Assembly: GCA_964016885.1 (NCBI GenBank)
Contig: OZ024740.1
Location: 373,116,001 to 373,180,000, forward strand
Reading direction: 5' to 3'
Length of the DNA: 64,000 bases
Source: Eledone cirrhosa
Taxonomy: Eukaryota
The translations under genes and the position numbers were made by a program. This document shows positions 46,908 to 60,329 of the stretch, in pieces (position 1 is the stretch's first letter; each line of letters starts with the position of its first letter). The notes beneath the pieces were generated by a model. The model did not search any database. It was not told the DNA's origin and was given only the letters and a program-made list of their open reading frames with translations.

Positions 46908-49050
46908 ATGCAGAAACAACATCTGAATATTTCTACAAAGAACATACCCGTATCAAGCAGGAAAACATACCTAAAACTCCTGATACAGAAAACAGACGCG
47001 TTCATTAAAAGGTTGCGTTGGCGTGCCTTTTATTTCGATAATCCGCGAAAAGCAGACAACAAACAGAATAAATTTGGATTTAAAACCTATAATAACTCCC
47101 CGTGGAACCCAGCATTGTTACCCTTCGAAAATGATGTGTTGGAACTCATTCGGAGTATCAAATTTCGGAATAGGAGCAATTCCTTCCAGCAAGACCTGAA
47201 GAATAGAATTCGTTCTATTAAGGATTCTAACGCCGTGCATGTCCATTCCGACAAAACTGGCAACCTATATCAAGTGGAGCGCAGTACTTACCATCAACTA
47301 CTACATAATGCTGTAACTAAGGATTACCGTAAAACTAATCGGTGCGTCATCAATGAGATCAACGATGCTGGGTTTAAAATCACATCTGATCTCAACATCC
47401 TGGACCGGACCGAACCTCTGGAGCATATTTCTCCCCACTTTACCCTGAAGGATCGCAAATCCAATTTTCCGAACAACCCCTCTATTCGGCTTATTAACCC
47501 TACGAAATCCGATTTAGGTAGACTTAGTAAAACGATTATTGACGGTATTATACCTGAATTTAGAATTTTAGCCCCTCTTGCAATGTGGAACAATTCTTTC
47601 GCGGAGATTGATTGGTTCAACGGCATATGTAACAAGGAGCATTGCCGTTTTATCCAATTCGACATCAACAATTACTACTCCTCCATCACTTTACCACTTC
47701 TCCTTAGAGCTATCTATTTCGCTAAAACACTCACAGTGGTTAAGGATTTCGAAGTTGATGTCATCCTCAATGCCCGAAAGTCGGTGATTAATTTCGACGA
47801 CTCTATTTGGATTAAACAATCCAATAGTACCCCCCCCCCCCACATTCGACGTGAGTATGGGCGCCAGTGACTCTGCGGAGGTTACTGAACTTATTGGCCT
47901 TTTCCTTCTTTTCTCTATCAAGGACGAAGTCCCCAACGCGGGCGGTGGTTTGTACCGTGACGATGGTCTTTTGACCATGACTAAGTGCGGACCTCGTGCT
48001 TGCGACAGGTTCAGAAAAGAATTCACAGCCTTCTTTAAAGGCGTCAACCTCTCTATACAGGTTGAGGCCAATCTCTCGGTCGTTAATTACCTCGACATTA
48101 CCCTCAATTTATTTAATGGGTTGTATTACCCGTATAGAAAGCCGAATGATACGCTTAATTACATAAGTAAGCATTCCAACAATCCTGCCAGCAAAACCAA
48201 GAACCTGGTAAGAAACGTTTCGTTGGGGCTTTCCCGTCTTTCCACCAACGAGCGTATTTTTAACGACCATTCCACTTATTACAATGAAGCTCTTGCTCGA
48301 AGTGGATTTGTCGATAAGGTAGCATATACAGAGTACGAAAATAGACCTAGAAGAAATAGATCCCGTCGCATTTGTTGGTATAACCCACCATATAATATGG
48401 AGGTGGCCACACCATTAGCTAAGATCTTTCTTTCCCTTATTACGAAGCATGTCCCCCCCCCTACACATAAATATAGTAACATTTTTAATAGAAATACTAT
48501 TAACATTTCTATTTCTACGACTCCTAACCTTGCACATAATATCATAGCTTCAAATTTAGCTAAACTACCTAGCCGTAGGAACACGTGCAACCCTGTAGTT
48601 AGTACTAACTGTAATTGTAGGAATCGGGCTGATTGCCCCCTATCTGGGAAATGCCTCTCTAGTAACATTGTCTACAAATGTAAGGTTGTAACACCCACGT
48701 CCCATAGGGCCTACATAGGGTTAACCGCCAATAGTATCAAGCAGCGTCTTTACATACATACCCATTTTTTTCGCTACCTTCTAAGAAGGAATATGACGTC
48801 ACTTTCAGCTTATATCTGGAGTCTAAAAGATAACCACACCCAATATAAGTTACACTGGGAGATCCTAGCTAGGGCTAGATCGTATAACGGAAATAAAAGA
48901 CCATGTGACCTATGCGCCGCTGAGACCCTAGAAATACTCTACCCCACAGACCACATCTTAAACAAAAAATCTGAGGTAATTTCGGCTTGTAAACATAAAT
49001 TGCACATCACTTTCCTGTATTACCGCCCCACGTTATACCCTAACGGATAG
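46908..49050 (+). CDS. Naiad-like RT and GIY-YIG endonuclease; single frameshift in the C12 run at 47830-47841
   Basis: STKNIP..Y...LI.K...I.RLRWRA, DKT.NLY, RLINPTKS, QFDI..YYSSI, MGASDSAE, LYRDDGL, CNC..CPL.G.C, IVY..YIGLT, CDLC..E, LNKKSE. Confidence 0.9.
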
Positions 49051-49975
49051 TACGATCTATACGTGGATATTTTACGTCTTGATGTGGGAGCTAAGTATAT
49101 GTTTTGGTTATTCCTTTACTTATTTGCATAGGTAAGTATATATTACCCGTATGTTTTGTGAAGGTACGTATACCTTCTCATACGTATATTTGATTGTTAT
49201 GGCGTATAATTTTATATATTCTGGTACATAGGGTTTGGCTATGTGTATGCGGGAGTTTTGCGTCTGTGTGAGTATGCAGGTTTGTACGTTTGGTGGGTGT
49301 GTGTATATGTGTACTTCTTGTTTTAGTTGACTTACGTTTCCGAACATTCGTGTATTTATATGTAGGTATGTGTGTGCGCTTGTTATATACGTATTTATTT
49401 ATTCATATACGTTTATATAATTATTTATTTATTTGTATACACGCATACACACACACACATATTTATATGTGCGTGGTTTTGTATACCTATGGTAAGGTTT
49501 TGCGTATGATTGTGTATGTACGTATTTGTTTGCGTGTATGTATTTTTTATTTCTATTACTTCTGTATAGTGTTTATTTACTTTGTTCTTAACTCTGTAGC
49601 GGAGATTCATTTGGTCTCCTAGTTAGAATTTTAGTCTACGACTTCTGCTATACCATTTACGTGGTTTTGTCTTTGCGTGCTATTGTTCTCCACGCTCCAC
49701 ATATGACGTATTATCTTCGTTTTTTCGTTCATTGCAAGAGAACGTCTCTATGCACCACCTAAGAGAACATTAGTCTACGACCTCTTTTATACCATAAACG
49801 TGGTTCTGTCTTTGCGCGTAATTGTTTTTCACCGCTCCTATTAATGACGTATTATTCGTTTTTTCCCGTTCTTTGCCAGCGAACGATTCCACGAACCAAA
49901 GTATCGTCTTCCTGTCTTCCTCCGGTTGCAACGTTTTTTGAAATATCGAGTTCTGCGTTTACAGATTGACTTGTT

Positions 49976-50026
49976 AGTTTCAGAAGATCCCGTTAAGGGT
50001 GAAAACAGCGATTCTTTGCTTAAACT
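49976..50026 (+). ncRNA. Degenerate hammerhead-like motif
   Basis: AGUUU / CAGAAGA (CUGANGA with U>A) / U-CCC-GUUAA-GGG-U / GAAA ... AAACU. Confidence 0.45.
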
Positions 50027-50072
50027 TTAATCTGTTGTTTTAATAAATATATATATATTTATATATATATAT

Positions 50073-50700
50073 ATTTTTTTTTTGATAGGTTTTGGCCAGT
50101 ATTGGCTCAGGCCATGTCCTACTTAATAGCACCACCCGGCAAATTCTTAATAATCAGGAATTGGATACCATGGCCCACTCAAGAAGTGTGTTATTGTTTG
50201 CGAAACATATTCAGGTGTACGGGGTTTATCGGGGATTTCTTGAAGGAATTTGTCCGAATACTTCTTGAATTTTATGGGTTCGGTTTCCGTTTAATGTGAT
50301 TTGGTGTAATATTAAATACAACGGGGACAAATGAGGTGACATAAGTGTGCCATTATGAGATGTGAGCGTGATTTTTGTGGTGGGCGGATAGCACTGAAAC
50401 CAAGGTTTAAGTGTGGTTTAAAGGTGATGCCAACAACAGTGGGTAATACTGATTGAATTTTTTCCACATCATGCAGATGATTCAGTGCTCACTGTCGCGT
50501 TGGCGAGAATAACGTTTCAGTTTTTCTAGACGACCACAATTGTCAAGGCCTGACATGCCATCAATCATTTTCGTGATTGATCTTTGAGCTTCAATTTTCA
50601 TGATATTTTGTTTGATGTGGGGAGACCACAGTAATCAAGATGAGGTCGGGCAAAAGTGGAGAGGTAAATGATAATAATGTGGACTGATGCTTCGAGCATT
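50073..50700 (-). mobile_element. CR1-group LINE 3' end with poly(A) tail
   Basis: Minus strand reads STFARPHLDYC..WSPHIKQNIMKIEAQRSITKMIDGMSGL..RLEKLK.YS, the typical CR1 post-RT region; ends in an A-run. Confidence 0.8.
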
Positions 50701-51557
50701 AAGCAAAAATGCTGAAGCTAGAGTGGTGGATAATTTTGGGTGTTTGTTTGTTAATGGCAGCAATGGGAGATTGTGAAGTGTGGTAGTAGTAGAGGGTGTG
50801 TTGGGTAACGGCTAGAATATTTTTTGGTAGTTCTTTTGCCAGATTCATTACGGCTAAAAAAAAGGAGGTTTTATTTATGCAACGAGTCCACGGAAAATGG
50901 GTAAAAGGACAAACACGCTGCAGATATTATCCATCTTGCTGGGAACAGCGGTAGATTTTGGGATTGCGTATGACATGTGAGTGTGTATTTAGGTTTGTTT
51001 TAGCAATTGGTAAAGTTATTGGTGGTTGTGGTGGCGTTATCTTTGAATATGTCCTTTGTTGTTGACTGTTGTTGTTTGTAGAGATTGAGAGTCCTGTCCC
51101 GGGTAAATGAGTACATTTTCAGTCTCTGGCATTACAAAACCTATTACATAAAGAATAGTGGAAGGTGATGGTGTTGCTAGGGTGTGTGTTAGTGTGTGTT
51201 GTCAGAGGTAAAGATCATAGGTTTTGTAGGGCTGGGTAATCGGTGTGATCTGTGAGAGGTAAATTCCTTTAGATAGTAGTAGGCAAAGATATTGTTATGT
51301 AGGCAAAGTGTTGTAGTGGTAGGCATAGCACATTTTGACAGTGATGACGATGGTGAGGAGTGATTGGTTGATTGTATTATTGGGGTAGTTAGAGGAATTG
51401 ATTTTTCCGTTTCCTGCTGTGAGTAGCTGGGATCTGAAAGGTTGATAGTTTCATTTAGTAGGTCATCCATTGTGGTTGAATTGAGGAGTGATTGAAACCC
51501 TTGTTGTTCAGACTGAGCAATATTTGAAGATACCTGTTGCTGAATTTGCTGTTGTCG

Positions 51558-54500
51558 CTATGAGAAACAGCTAAAATGGTCGCACGTGTGCGTGCTGAGC
51601 TCTGAGTTTTCCGCTGGGAACAACCCCCTGTTCCCCCCATCCCTTGTTGTTGGACATTCATCCATTCATTTATTCATTTGTTAACATTCTACCTTCTGTG
51701 CGTCTCCCGCCATGCACCCCCTTCTTTTCTCTCTTGTCTTCTGACGCTTCCATATCTGATGTAGGTGAGCTATGAGGCCCTCTTATCAGCACTTTCCCTG
51801 CCACCCACATATGGCTCTGCCTAGCACTCAGGCTGGTGACAAACAGCCACTCAACCCTGACGCCGCTTGGTGCCCCTTCCCCAGCCCCACGCCCCGTCCT
51901 CCATCCACACCCGTCGACACCTGCAGCACTTGCAGCACCACGAAAAGATGGAAGAAGGGCCGGAACTATTCGGGGTGCGACTGCTTCCACCACCTCACAC
52001 GTGTTGGCTTGACGCGTCGAGCCTCCAATGCTCTCGCAGCGTGGAGATGCAGGAACTGACTCTTCCCCTCGTCTGCCAAGCCACGGCCGCCTGGCACATC
52101 ACCAGATGAGACAGCGAGCTTGCCTGACGCCCAAGCCCCGCTGGTTAACATCACTGCTCAGGCGGCTCCGGATCACGATCATGAGATCGGCCCGGGTGCC
52201 GGTAGCCGATGACCTCGCTTCCTCGATTAAGAGCACCCTGGACTCCAATCGAGCCAGCGACTGGGAGCGACATTCTATTTCGCCCCACTCGGCCTCCCCA
52301 GCTCTGGCACATATTGAGGCGGCAGCATTCTTTTTCAAGGCCAATGTTTCGTCCTTTGGGCAAGCGCCCATTCCAAGCATGCCTAGGGACGCCACACACC
52401 CTACTCTCGTGTACCCCAAATCCTGCACCCCTGAGCACAGCGCCAAGCGTTAACCTGACCGCGTAAATGCCAAATTAATCACAGGTGATGTCTCGGCCGC
52501 AGTCAGAGTGGTTGCGTCAGAGGACACTGTCCTCCAACCAACCAAAGAAATCCTGACAGCCTTGCGACTCAAGCACCCTGAGTCACTCGCTGACCTCAGG
52601 CTCATACACCCACCCGATTCCCACTTGCTCCTTGTGACTTCAGACACAGACATCATGTCTGCCATCAAGTCCTTTTCCAGCTAGCAGCAGCGGAGGTGCT
52701 GATGGTCTCCGACCAGGCCATCTCAAGGAGTTGCTATCTGCCCTCTCGGCCGAGACCGGGCGCCGCCTTCTGAGTGCAATTGTGACACTTTGGCCTCTTA
52801 TTTTCGGCTAGCCTGACTGCTCTCAGGAAGAAAGAGGGTGTCATACGCCCCATAGCTGTGGTAAATGTATTCCGGGGGTTGGCTGCTAAGGTTCATAACA
52901 CCCGAACTGCGGTGCAACTAGGTGTCAGCGTGTCCGGTGGCTCTGAGGAGGCCGCATATGTAACCAGGCAGTTCTTAAACCGTTGCCCACCGGAACAAGC
53001 ATCCAGAGACTCCAGGCACCTCATTGTCAAGCTTGACATGAGGAATGCCTTTAACTGCATACGCCAGGATTATCTGCTCGATGCCTGCCTCAGCCGAGTC
53101 CCCTATGCCTACCCGCTGGCCTGCCTGCTGTATGGAGTTCCGAGCATGCTCCTTGCTGCCCCATACGGTCATAGCTTCGGCCACTAGGGTCCAAAGGGTG
53201 ACCCTTTGGGCCCCTCCTGTTTGTCCTTGGTATAGACCACATCGCCCGGAGTATCACGGCCCCTCTCAACGTTTGGTATTTGGATGATTCTACGTTGGGC
53301 GGGCCCGTACAGACTGTCTGCCATGACCTACAATCGGTTGTTCGTGCCCTGGCGGGAATCGGCCTCCAGGTCAACTCGTCCAAGTCGGAGGTGGTGAATG
53401 TCAGCCACGATGCTGAGAGCTTTTCAGCCTCCGTCTCGGATGAGCGGTCCATTCCCATCCAGGTACAGGTGACCCCCAAAGAGGATGTCCTCATCTTCGG
53501 GTTCCCTATCCACCCCACGGCCATCTGCTCGACCATCTGGTCCATGCTGAAAACGCTCACGAGCTGAATGGGCTTGATCGACGGCCACCCAGCCTTAATT
53601 CTGCTGAAGAACAGTTTCGCCATGCCGAAGCTCCTCTATACCATTCGCAAGGCCCCGTGCTAATCCCACGCATCTCTCCTAGCTGACCTCGATACTTGTA
53701 TCCGAGCAGCAGCCGAGGAGATATGCAACCTCAAATTTGACGACATTGGATCCAACAGGCTTTTACCTGTCAGGTATGGTGGTCTTGGCCTCCGGTCCCC
53801 GATCTCACTGGCTCTGCCGACCTTTCTTTACTCGCTAACCTCATGCCGCGACCTCATCAGCAGGGTGCTCCAAAACCCAGTAGAACCCACTGTGTTCAGG
53901 GAACGTGAGGCCACCTGTGAAACGTCGGACCGGCTTGGACTGAGCCCAGTAGACGTCCATCTTCTTCCTTCCCCTGCTGACCTCAAGTCCCCCCAAATCA
54001 TAGAGATGCGATCCAGAGCCGCCTGGCTTCAGACAGATCACGCGCCAGCTCTACCAGCACCGCCTTGCCTGTTTTAGTGCGGCCTCCAAGTCCCACAGTG
54101 GTGTCTGGCTCCATGTCTTGCCTTCCTTCTCCACTGGCACGCAGCTAGATAAAAATAGCCTGCGCATCGGCGTTTCCGTGAGGCTCAGCCTCCGTATGTG
54201 CGAGCCACACCAATGTCGCTGTGGATCCCCCGTAGACTCCATCCACTTTCCATCAGCTTTCCTGTCGCCAGAGTGCCGGTCGCCTTCTACGCCATGCTAC
54301 CCTTAACGATGTCATAAAGCATGGCTTGAACGCTGCAGGCTTCCTTTCCCAGCTAGAGCTGGTGGAGCTGAACCGATCCGACCGCAAAAGGCCAGATGGC
54401 ATGACCATCTTCTCGTTCAGCAGTGGCAAACCCCTCGTCTGGGATGCCACTTGCACCGTCACTTTCTGTAGCCGCAACCTGGTGCAGTCAGCGACTAACC

Positions 54501-54795
54501 CAGGTTCTGCTGCACGTCGGGCTGATGAGGCCAAGCTCTTCAAGTACAGCTCGCTCTCCGAGAGGTTTGCGGTTGTACCCTTGGCAGTAGAGACCTCTGG
54601 TGTCCTCGGCCCTAGGGCTAACCCCCTACTCACCACCATAGGCGCGGACCTCGCTAGCCGCAGATGTGAGCCCCGCGAGTTGGAATGGCTTTCCAGTGCG
54701 TCTCCCTTGACGTCCTCCGGGAAAGCGCCTTCTCTATTCTGTCCGCCGGAGCTGTGGAGAGGCCACCTATATGATTGTCTGACATGTCACTTAGT
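51558..54795 (+). mobile_element. Degenerate CRE-clade RLE non-LTR retrotransposon
   Basis: RPIAVVNVFRGLA, KLDMRNAFN, broken QGDPLG, WYLDD, GGLG, RHATLND, RPDG..WDATC, K..KY, PLAVETSG; GC-rich with many frameshifts. Confidence 0.85.
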
Positions 54796-54849
54796 TATTG
54801 TTGTTGTAGTGATGTTGGCTGTTGAACTGGTTGAACAGTTTTTGAAGAA

Positions 54850-55089
54850 AAAAACACATTTTAGTTTATTAGAATGTTTCTTAATTAATTTAAATGCAAC
54901 TTCAAATTGTTTTTGTTTGTTCTGAATCTGCTGTTCTGATCGGGTTTTAAAAAGATGAACTGTCCACTTAGCAATTTCTTTCAGACATTAAGCACCTATG
55001 TTTTCCGTTTGCGTAATGAAGCACCATGCGTTTATTAGGTCTATTTTATTCTCAGACCACTATTGTTCGGATTTTTGTTGAATAGTCAT
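54850..55089 (-). pseudogene. Degenerate ORF with a Myb/SANT-like pattern
   Basis: WSENKIDLINAW...LKEIAKW...TRSEQQIQNKQKQF with two in-frame stops; pattern match by eye only. Confidence 0.4.
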
Positions 55090-55564
55090 TCTGGTGTGAA
55101 TATATTTTATTTTATTTGTTGTTTACTCTTCGTGTATTTGTGACTGTTTGGGTTCCCTGATTCCTTGAGGATATTCAGAGAGTAGTATGTAGAATAGTTT
55201 GTACAGGAATGTATGTATCAATACTAAAAAATGTGTGTTTGTATTAGACATATGTACATGCAGGCACTTGGATATAAATCATGTAGTTACATATAATGTT
55301 TTACAGATCAGGTGAATATGAGTTAGTGCAGAACGTGTGGCTTTAGTAAAAGATATGCAGTTACAGAAAATAACAATAGTACATTTTTTTTTTAAGTACT
55401 TTTTTAAAGATTAGTGTGTAAAACATGGTGTGTTATTGATATAGGAAAATAGATTATTTTAATATTTTGCTATGACTTGTTGGTGACTTGGAGGTCAGTC
55501 AGGCTTAGTAGCATGAGAGACTACAAAACACGTCTGCATACTTCAAATTCTGGTGTATATATAT

Positions 55565-55823
55565 ATAATAAATAAAATAACAGGAGGCTGGACTGGTGTA
55601 AATCCTTGAAAGGTTTATTACACTATGATCATTTCAATGACCGAGTTACATATGAATCCGGTGATATCATCAGGTATTCGAAATATGTTATGTTCCTTTG
55701 TTATATTTCGACTATCTGATGATATCACCGGATTCATACGGAACCCGGTCATTGAAATGATCATAGTATAATAAACCTTTCAAGGATTTACACCAGTCCA
55801 GCCTCGTGTTATTTTATTTATAA
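55565..55823. repeat. Near-perfect palindrome (arms about 120 bp, loop about 16 nt); solo Penelope-type terminus
   Basis: 55565-55685 complements 55702-55823 with few mismatches; (TA)n nearby on both sides. Confidence 0.92.
55711..55767 (+). ncRNA. Type I hammerhead ribozyme motif in the palindrome arm
   Basis: ACUAU / CUGAUGA / stem II with ACCGG:CCGGU / GAAA / UG-AUC / AUAGU. Confidence 0.7.
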
Positions 55824-55945
55824 TAATTAACTCCGTATTCGCACCACCAACTACATAAATGAAGACGGTTGAGCTGCATTACATAATATTACATCAAGAT
55901 TGACCATACGGAATGACCAATTCTATCCAGTGGTGAACCAACACA

Positions 55946-56120
<175 letters not shown>

Positions 56121-58385
56121 TTTGTGTAACTTTATATAGGTATAATACAATTTATCATTGTGAACCCATCTGAAATAAAAAATAAAAAAGTGCAATTATA
56201 TTTTATTCTGTTCTTCTCACTAATAATTTGATATATTGTATATGTACCATAGTTAGTTTATCGTTTATCAGATTATAAAAAAAAGACATTCCTACTTCTG
56301 CTGGGATATATATTTAGAAATCGCTATTTATCGCAAACACCATTGAGGACGTAACGTAAAAGGTCAGTCTAAATTGCTTTACTCACGTGCGTTTAACAAT
56401 TTCCCTAGTAGATATTTCTTAATAATCCATCGTATCTTAGAAAATGTGAGAAGAACTTATAATTAAAATTTATATTATCTTTATCTGAGATTCCGTATAC
56501 AATGCGTTGTGCACGCATATCTTACATTATCATAAGAATTGGTATATAGATGCATATATATACTTACTTAAGCATTATATCATAAAGTGAATATATATGA
56601 TATTGACATTGGTTAGATTATTTGGTAATTAATTAATGCATATTTTTGCGTGTTTCAAACACAAGAACAATGAAACTAACAAAAATAACATTTTCATATA
56701 ATCGAATTCAGACAATGAAATGTAACAGAATATCTATGTGTTAACGACACTCATCTCCCTACGTCGAAAAAAAAAATAAGATGTATCTCCATGCAACAGT
56801 AGATGGCAACGCTATAATTTTGGCATCCGTCAAACGCATTTTCAGTGGACAAGGAAAAAGGACTAAAACATCTAAATAGAAGGACCGGAACAAAAACAAT
56901 TCTTAAATGATAGACATCTTAGTCACCTCTACCCAAATAATTTTCGAAAGGCTGTGGGCAAACTATAACATTGTAAAAATCTGAAAAATGAAATAAATAA
57001 GAAGTAGGTCAAAAGTCACTGTCTATAATTTGAGTTGCAGGTTTACTTCGACACATATGTTAGTCTCCTCTATACAATATGACCTTTATGCATGTTTGTA
57101 TATATTTATTATGGCATTTGCGGAACAATAAATGTGCATTTTACACAATGGTACACTTCACATTATTTTATATAAATGTTATATATTATTTTGTCTTTAA
57201 GGGGGACACATCCTTCCTTCTCTTCAGTTAGTTTATGAATGGCATGTGAACGGAAACATTAAAATGATGTTTGGTATGCGGCTGTATGTTAACGGCAGTG
57301 ACTTAAAGCAGACATTTGCATTGGTGTAATGCGGAGATTATGTGCAATACATTTTATCACTCCGTATGATGTTCTGTTGTTATAATGTACAATACTTCTT
57401 ATTATGTTTAGATTCACATTTTATGCAATGTAAAATCTGCACTATTTATACATTCGAATGTCCACATTTGGCAATGAAATAAACCGTTTGTATCATAATC
57501 CAGATAGTTAATCTTCATAAGTCCTCATTGCTCGTTTAGTTTGATGTAAGTTTGAGGCCCTGTATAAATATCCACCCGATTGAAAGGTGGAAAAACTAAA
57601 CTTTGTTGAAGACACCTGAAGGTAATATAGAGAAATTAACCTGGGAAGTATAATGTAGATAAAGCCAACACGTATCTAATTATCTGTCAATGTATCTAGA
57701 TAACTATCACATATCTTACAATCTATCCGTTACTTCTTCAATCCATCCTTCTATACGTACATCTAGTCTGCAGATTATTCATCTATGTATCATTACTACA
57801 CGAGAAAATGTTAAATTTTTATGTATGTAACAGTAGATAATGTTTTCGGTAAGTGTTCGCACATATTAGTGGGAATGCATATTTATTTATGCATGTGTAA
57901 TTATTAACTACTGCTTGTTTTTATTTTTTATCACTTTTGTGATCTTTTTCGTCACTGTAGCCTGAAAAAATCTAAACACTGTTCGTTTTTTAGGGAAATC
58001 AGAGACACGCATACCATGAAACAAAAACACACTCACACACACAGGTACACATACAAATATAAAATAATCTCACAGTTTACACACGTATGCATACACAGTC
58101 ACACATATATGCATAGAAACGTACACACACACTCACTCATTTTTACGCATAACTGAACCCACACTTTTCTCATATATTCCGGAAAACGTGTACTGCAGTA
58201 TGTACGTTAAATGTAATCGTTCGTTTTATCATCGATATTTTTTCCAAACATTCAACAGCTGCGACATTTCACAGCGCCTGTATACAGTGGTGCTACTAAC
58301 GGCAATAACTCAGTGGAGCGTATTACCCTGTGTAAAACGCGTTTATAAATCATCTACACAACGAATACGAGAGATTCTACACGAA

Positions 58386-58386
<1 letters not shown>

Positions 58387-58423
<37 letters not shown>

Positions 58424-58475
58424 AGAGAGAGAGAGATAGAGAGAGACAGAGAGTGAGAGAGAAATATATATATAT
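58387..58475. repeat. (TA)n(GA)n microsatellite
   Basis: Direct reading of the sequence. Confidence 0.93.
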
Positions 58476-59651
58476 GCCTATATGTATTTTATTTAACATT
58501 TCATTGCTACTACATCTATAATTCGTAGGCGTAAAGTGGAAAGACAGAAAATCATTAACATCTGCTTGCTGTCTCCTACAAATGTCAAACTTTATAAATG
58601 CTAGCTATCAAATTCAGGTGCTGCAAAATACGTACATAATGAATAGCAATATTTAGGAAAATTCTTCAAAGTAAATACTTTTCTATCTCTTTATGAATTT
58701 GTGTTCACACGGCAGATTAGTTTGTCAGATTGTATTATATAATTGTATTTTAGATACCGTAAGTTTAATCCTATAAGCTGCGTGTTTATTTGGTAGCTTA
58801 TACTTCCGCATAAATTAACGATTTTAGGTTACCGTGAATAATTTGATATTATCATGTTGCATTACATTTCACCATATCCTCCTATGACAAATAGTTTATC
58901 ACAAACCCTGTCTCATGTGCGTATGTGTTTCCATCGGTGTATTTTTTCTTCAAATTGATAGTATTAACAAATACATAACTATTAGGAAATTCTGAGTGAG
59001 AGTGTATATAGAAGTTCATATCAAATGCAAATATATATTTGACGTTGCTCGAAATCCTACAAAATATATTATGTAAGTTTTGCCGAAAATAACTCATAAC
59101 ACATGCTTAACTCTTATTTACCAATATGTCTTAATATATATATATTTATATGGATAAACTATGAACACAATAGTGTCTATAAAATGGTTGCATGATATGA
59201 ATTATAAAACCGTGTACATCCAATATAGGTATTCTGCAATTTATGTAGCTGTAAATTATACGGATTCATTGCATAAAACGATATATTATTAATCTTTATT
59301 AACATGTCTGAAGTTACGAAATAGTTAGCGACAATTTTAATTTATTCTGTCAAAGTTATTTAGTAAAATTTAGTAAAACAGAAATACGAACCTCAGGTGG
59401 TTTTCTGCTAGCATCTGTAGAGGTATATATTGATATTATACACAAATATATATATATACATGTAGATATGATACATCAAATAAAATAGTAATTGACAATA
59501 TACACAGAAATTGAATGAAGTCTAAGTCTTCTGTAATCAGTAAAGTAATCCATGATACATTTAAAAAAAGACGATATTATTTATAAACTGCATTAGGAGA
59601 AAATTAGCGACGGAAATATATGCGATATTTTTGTAAGTGTTAAAATATAAC

Positions 59652-59831
59652 TGTTCTACATTTGGCACAAGGCCAGCAATACCCAGTGCATTACTGGTAC
59701 TTTATTTTATCGAGCCCGTAAGGATGAAAGGCAAAGTTAACCTCGACGGGATTTGATCTCAGACCGTAAAGGGACGTAACTATGCTGGAAAGCATGGCGT
59801 CCGACACTCTACCGATACTGGCAATCCACCG
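59652..59831 (-). mobile_element. Full-length tRNA-derived SINE
   Basis: Close reverse complement of 26183-26364. Confidence 0.93.
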
Positions 59832-60329
59832 AACGGCGGCTAACCGGAAGTGTCGACATTGGAAATTTTTCAAGAAGTGAATCTTTAAATAAGCTATACA
59901 ATATATTTAATCAACAGCCACGAAATTTAGTACATACATTATGTAATATACATTCATTATTTATTCAAAGTAATCCAACTTATTTTACAAGCGGGGTAAA
60001 ACAAATATATTCTGGACGCAGTCCCGCACTACTTTATTTATTATAGTTAAGATACTACTATATTATTTAAATGCTTACATCGCGCCACGGACTTTGTGAA
60101 AGTTCAGAAAATAATTGTTTCATCTTGTCAAATTTATACGATATTAAAAACGTGATTATACCTGATCATTCGAAAGAGTGGTAATATCTGTTTAGGAAAT
60201 TTGAATCCCCAATACATCTCCGAATATTATACATAACTTTTTTCCGGGTATCAGCACAATTATCGTTCTTATGATAACACATTTCTAGTATACTCATTAT
60301 TGTCTGACGTCTCTAACAAAAATAATTGA

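Larger units (their letters stand above)
46722..50050 (+). mobile_element. Near-intact Naiad-like Penelope element
   Basis: Long RT-GIY-YIG ORF, about 1-kb 3' region with tandem repeat and hammerhead-like motif, (TA)n flank. Confidence 0.9.

Noticed and set aside
46908-49900. Selenoprotein-type Naiad
   Set aside because: No in-frame TGA in the ORF, and the ATGAC words downstream lack the SECIS stem and apical AA.
58754-58758. 5-nt microexon ttttag-atacc-gtaagt
   Set aside because: Such signals are expected by chance in AT-rich DNA and there is no supporting context.
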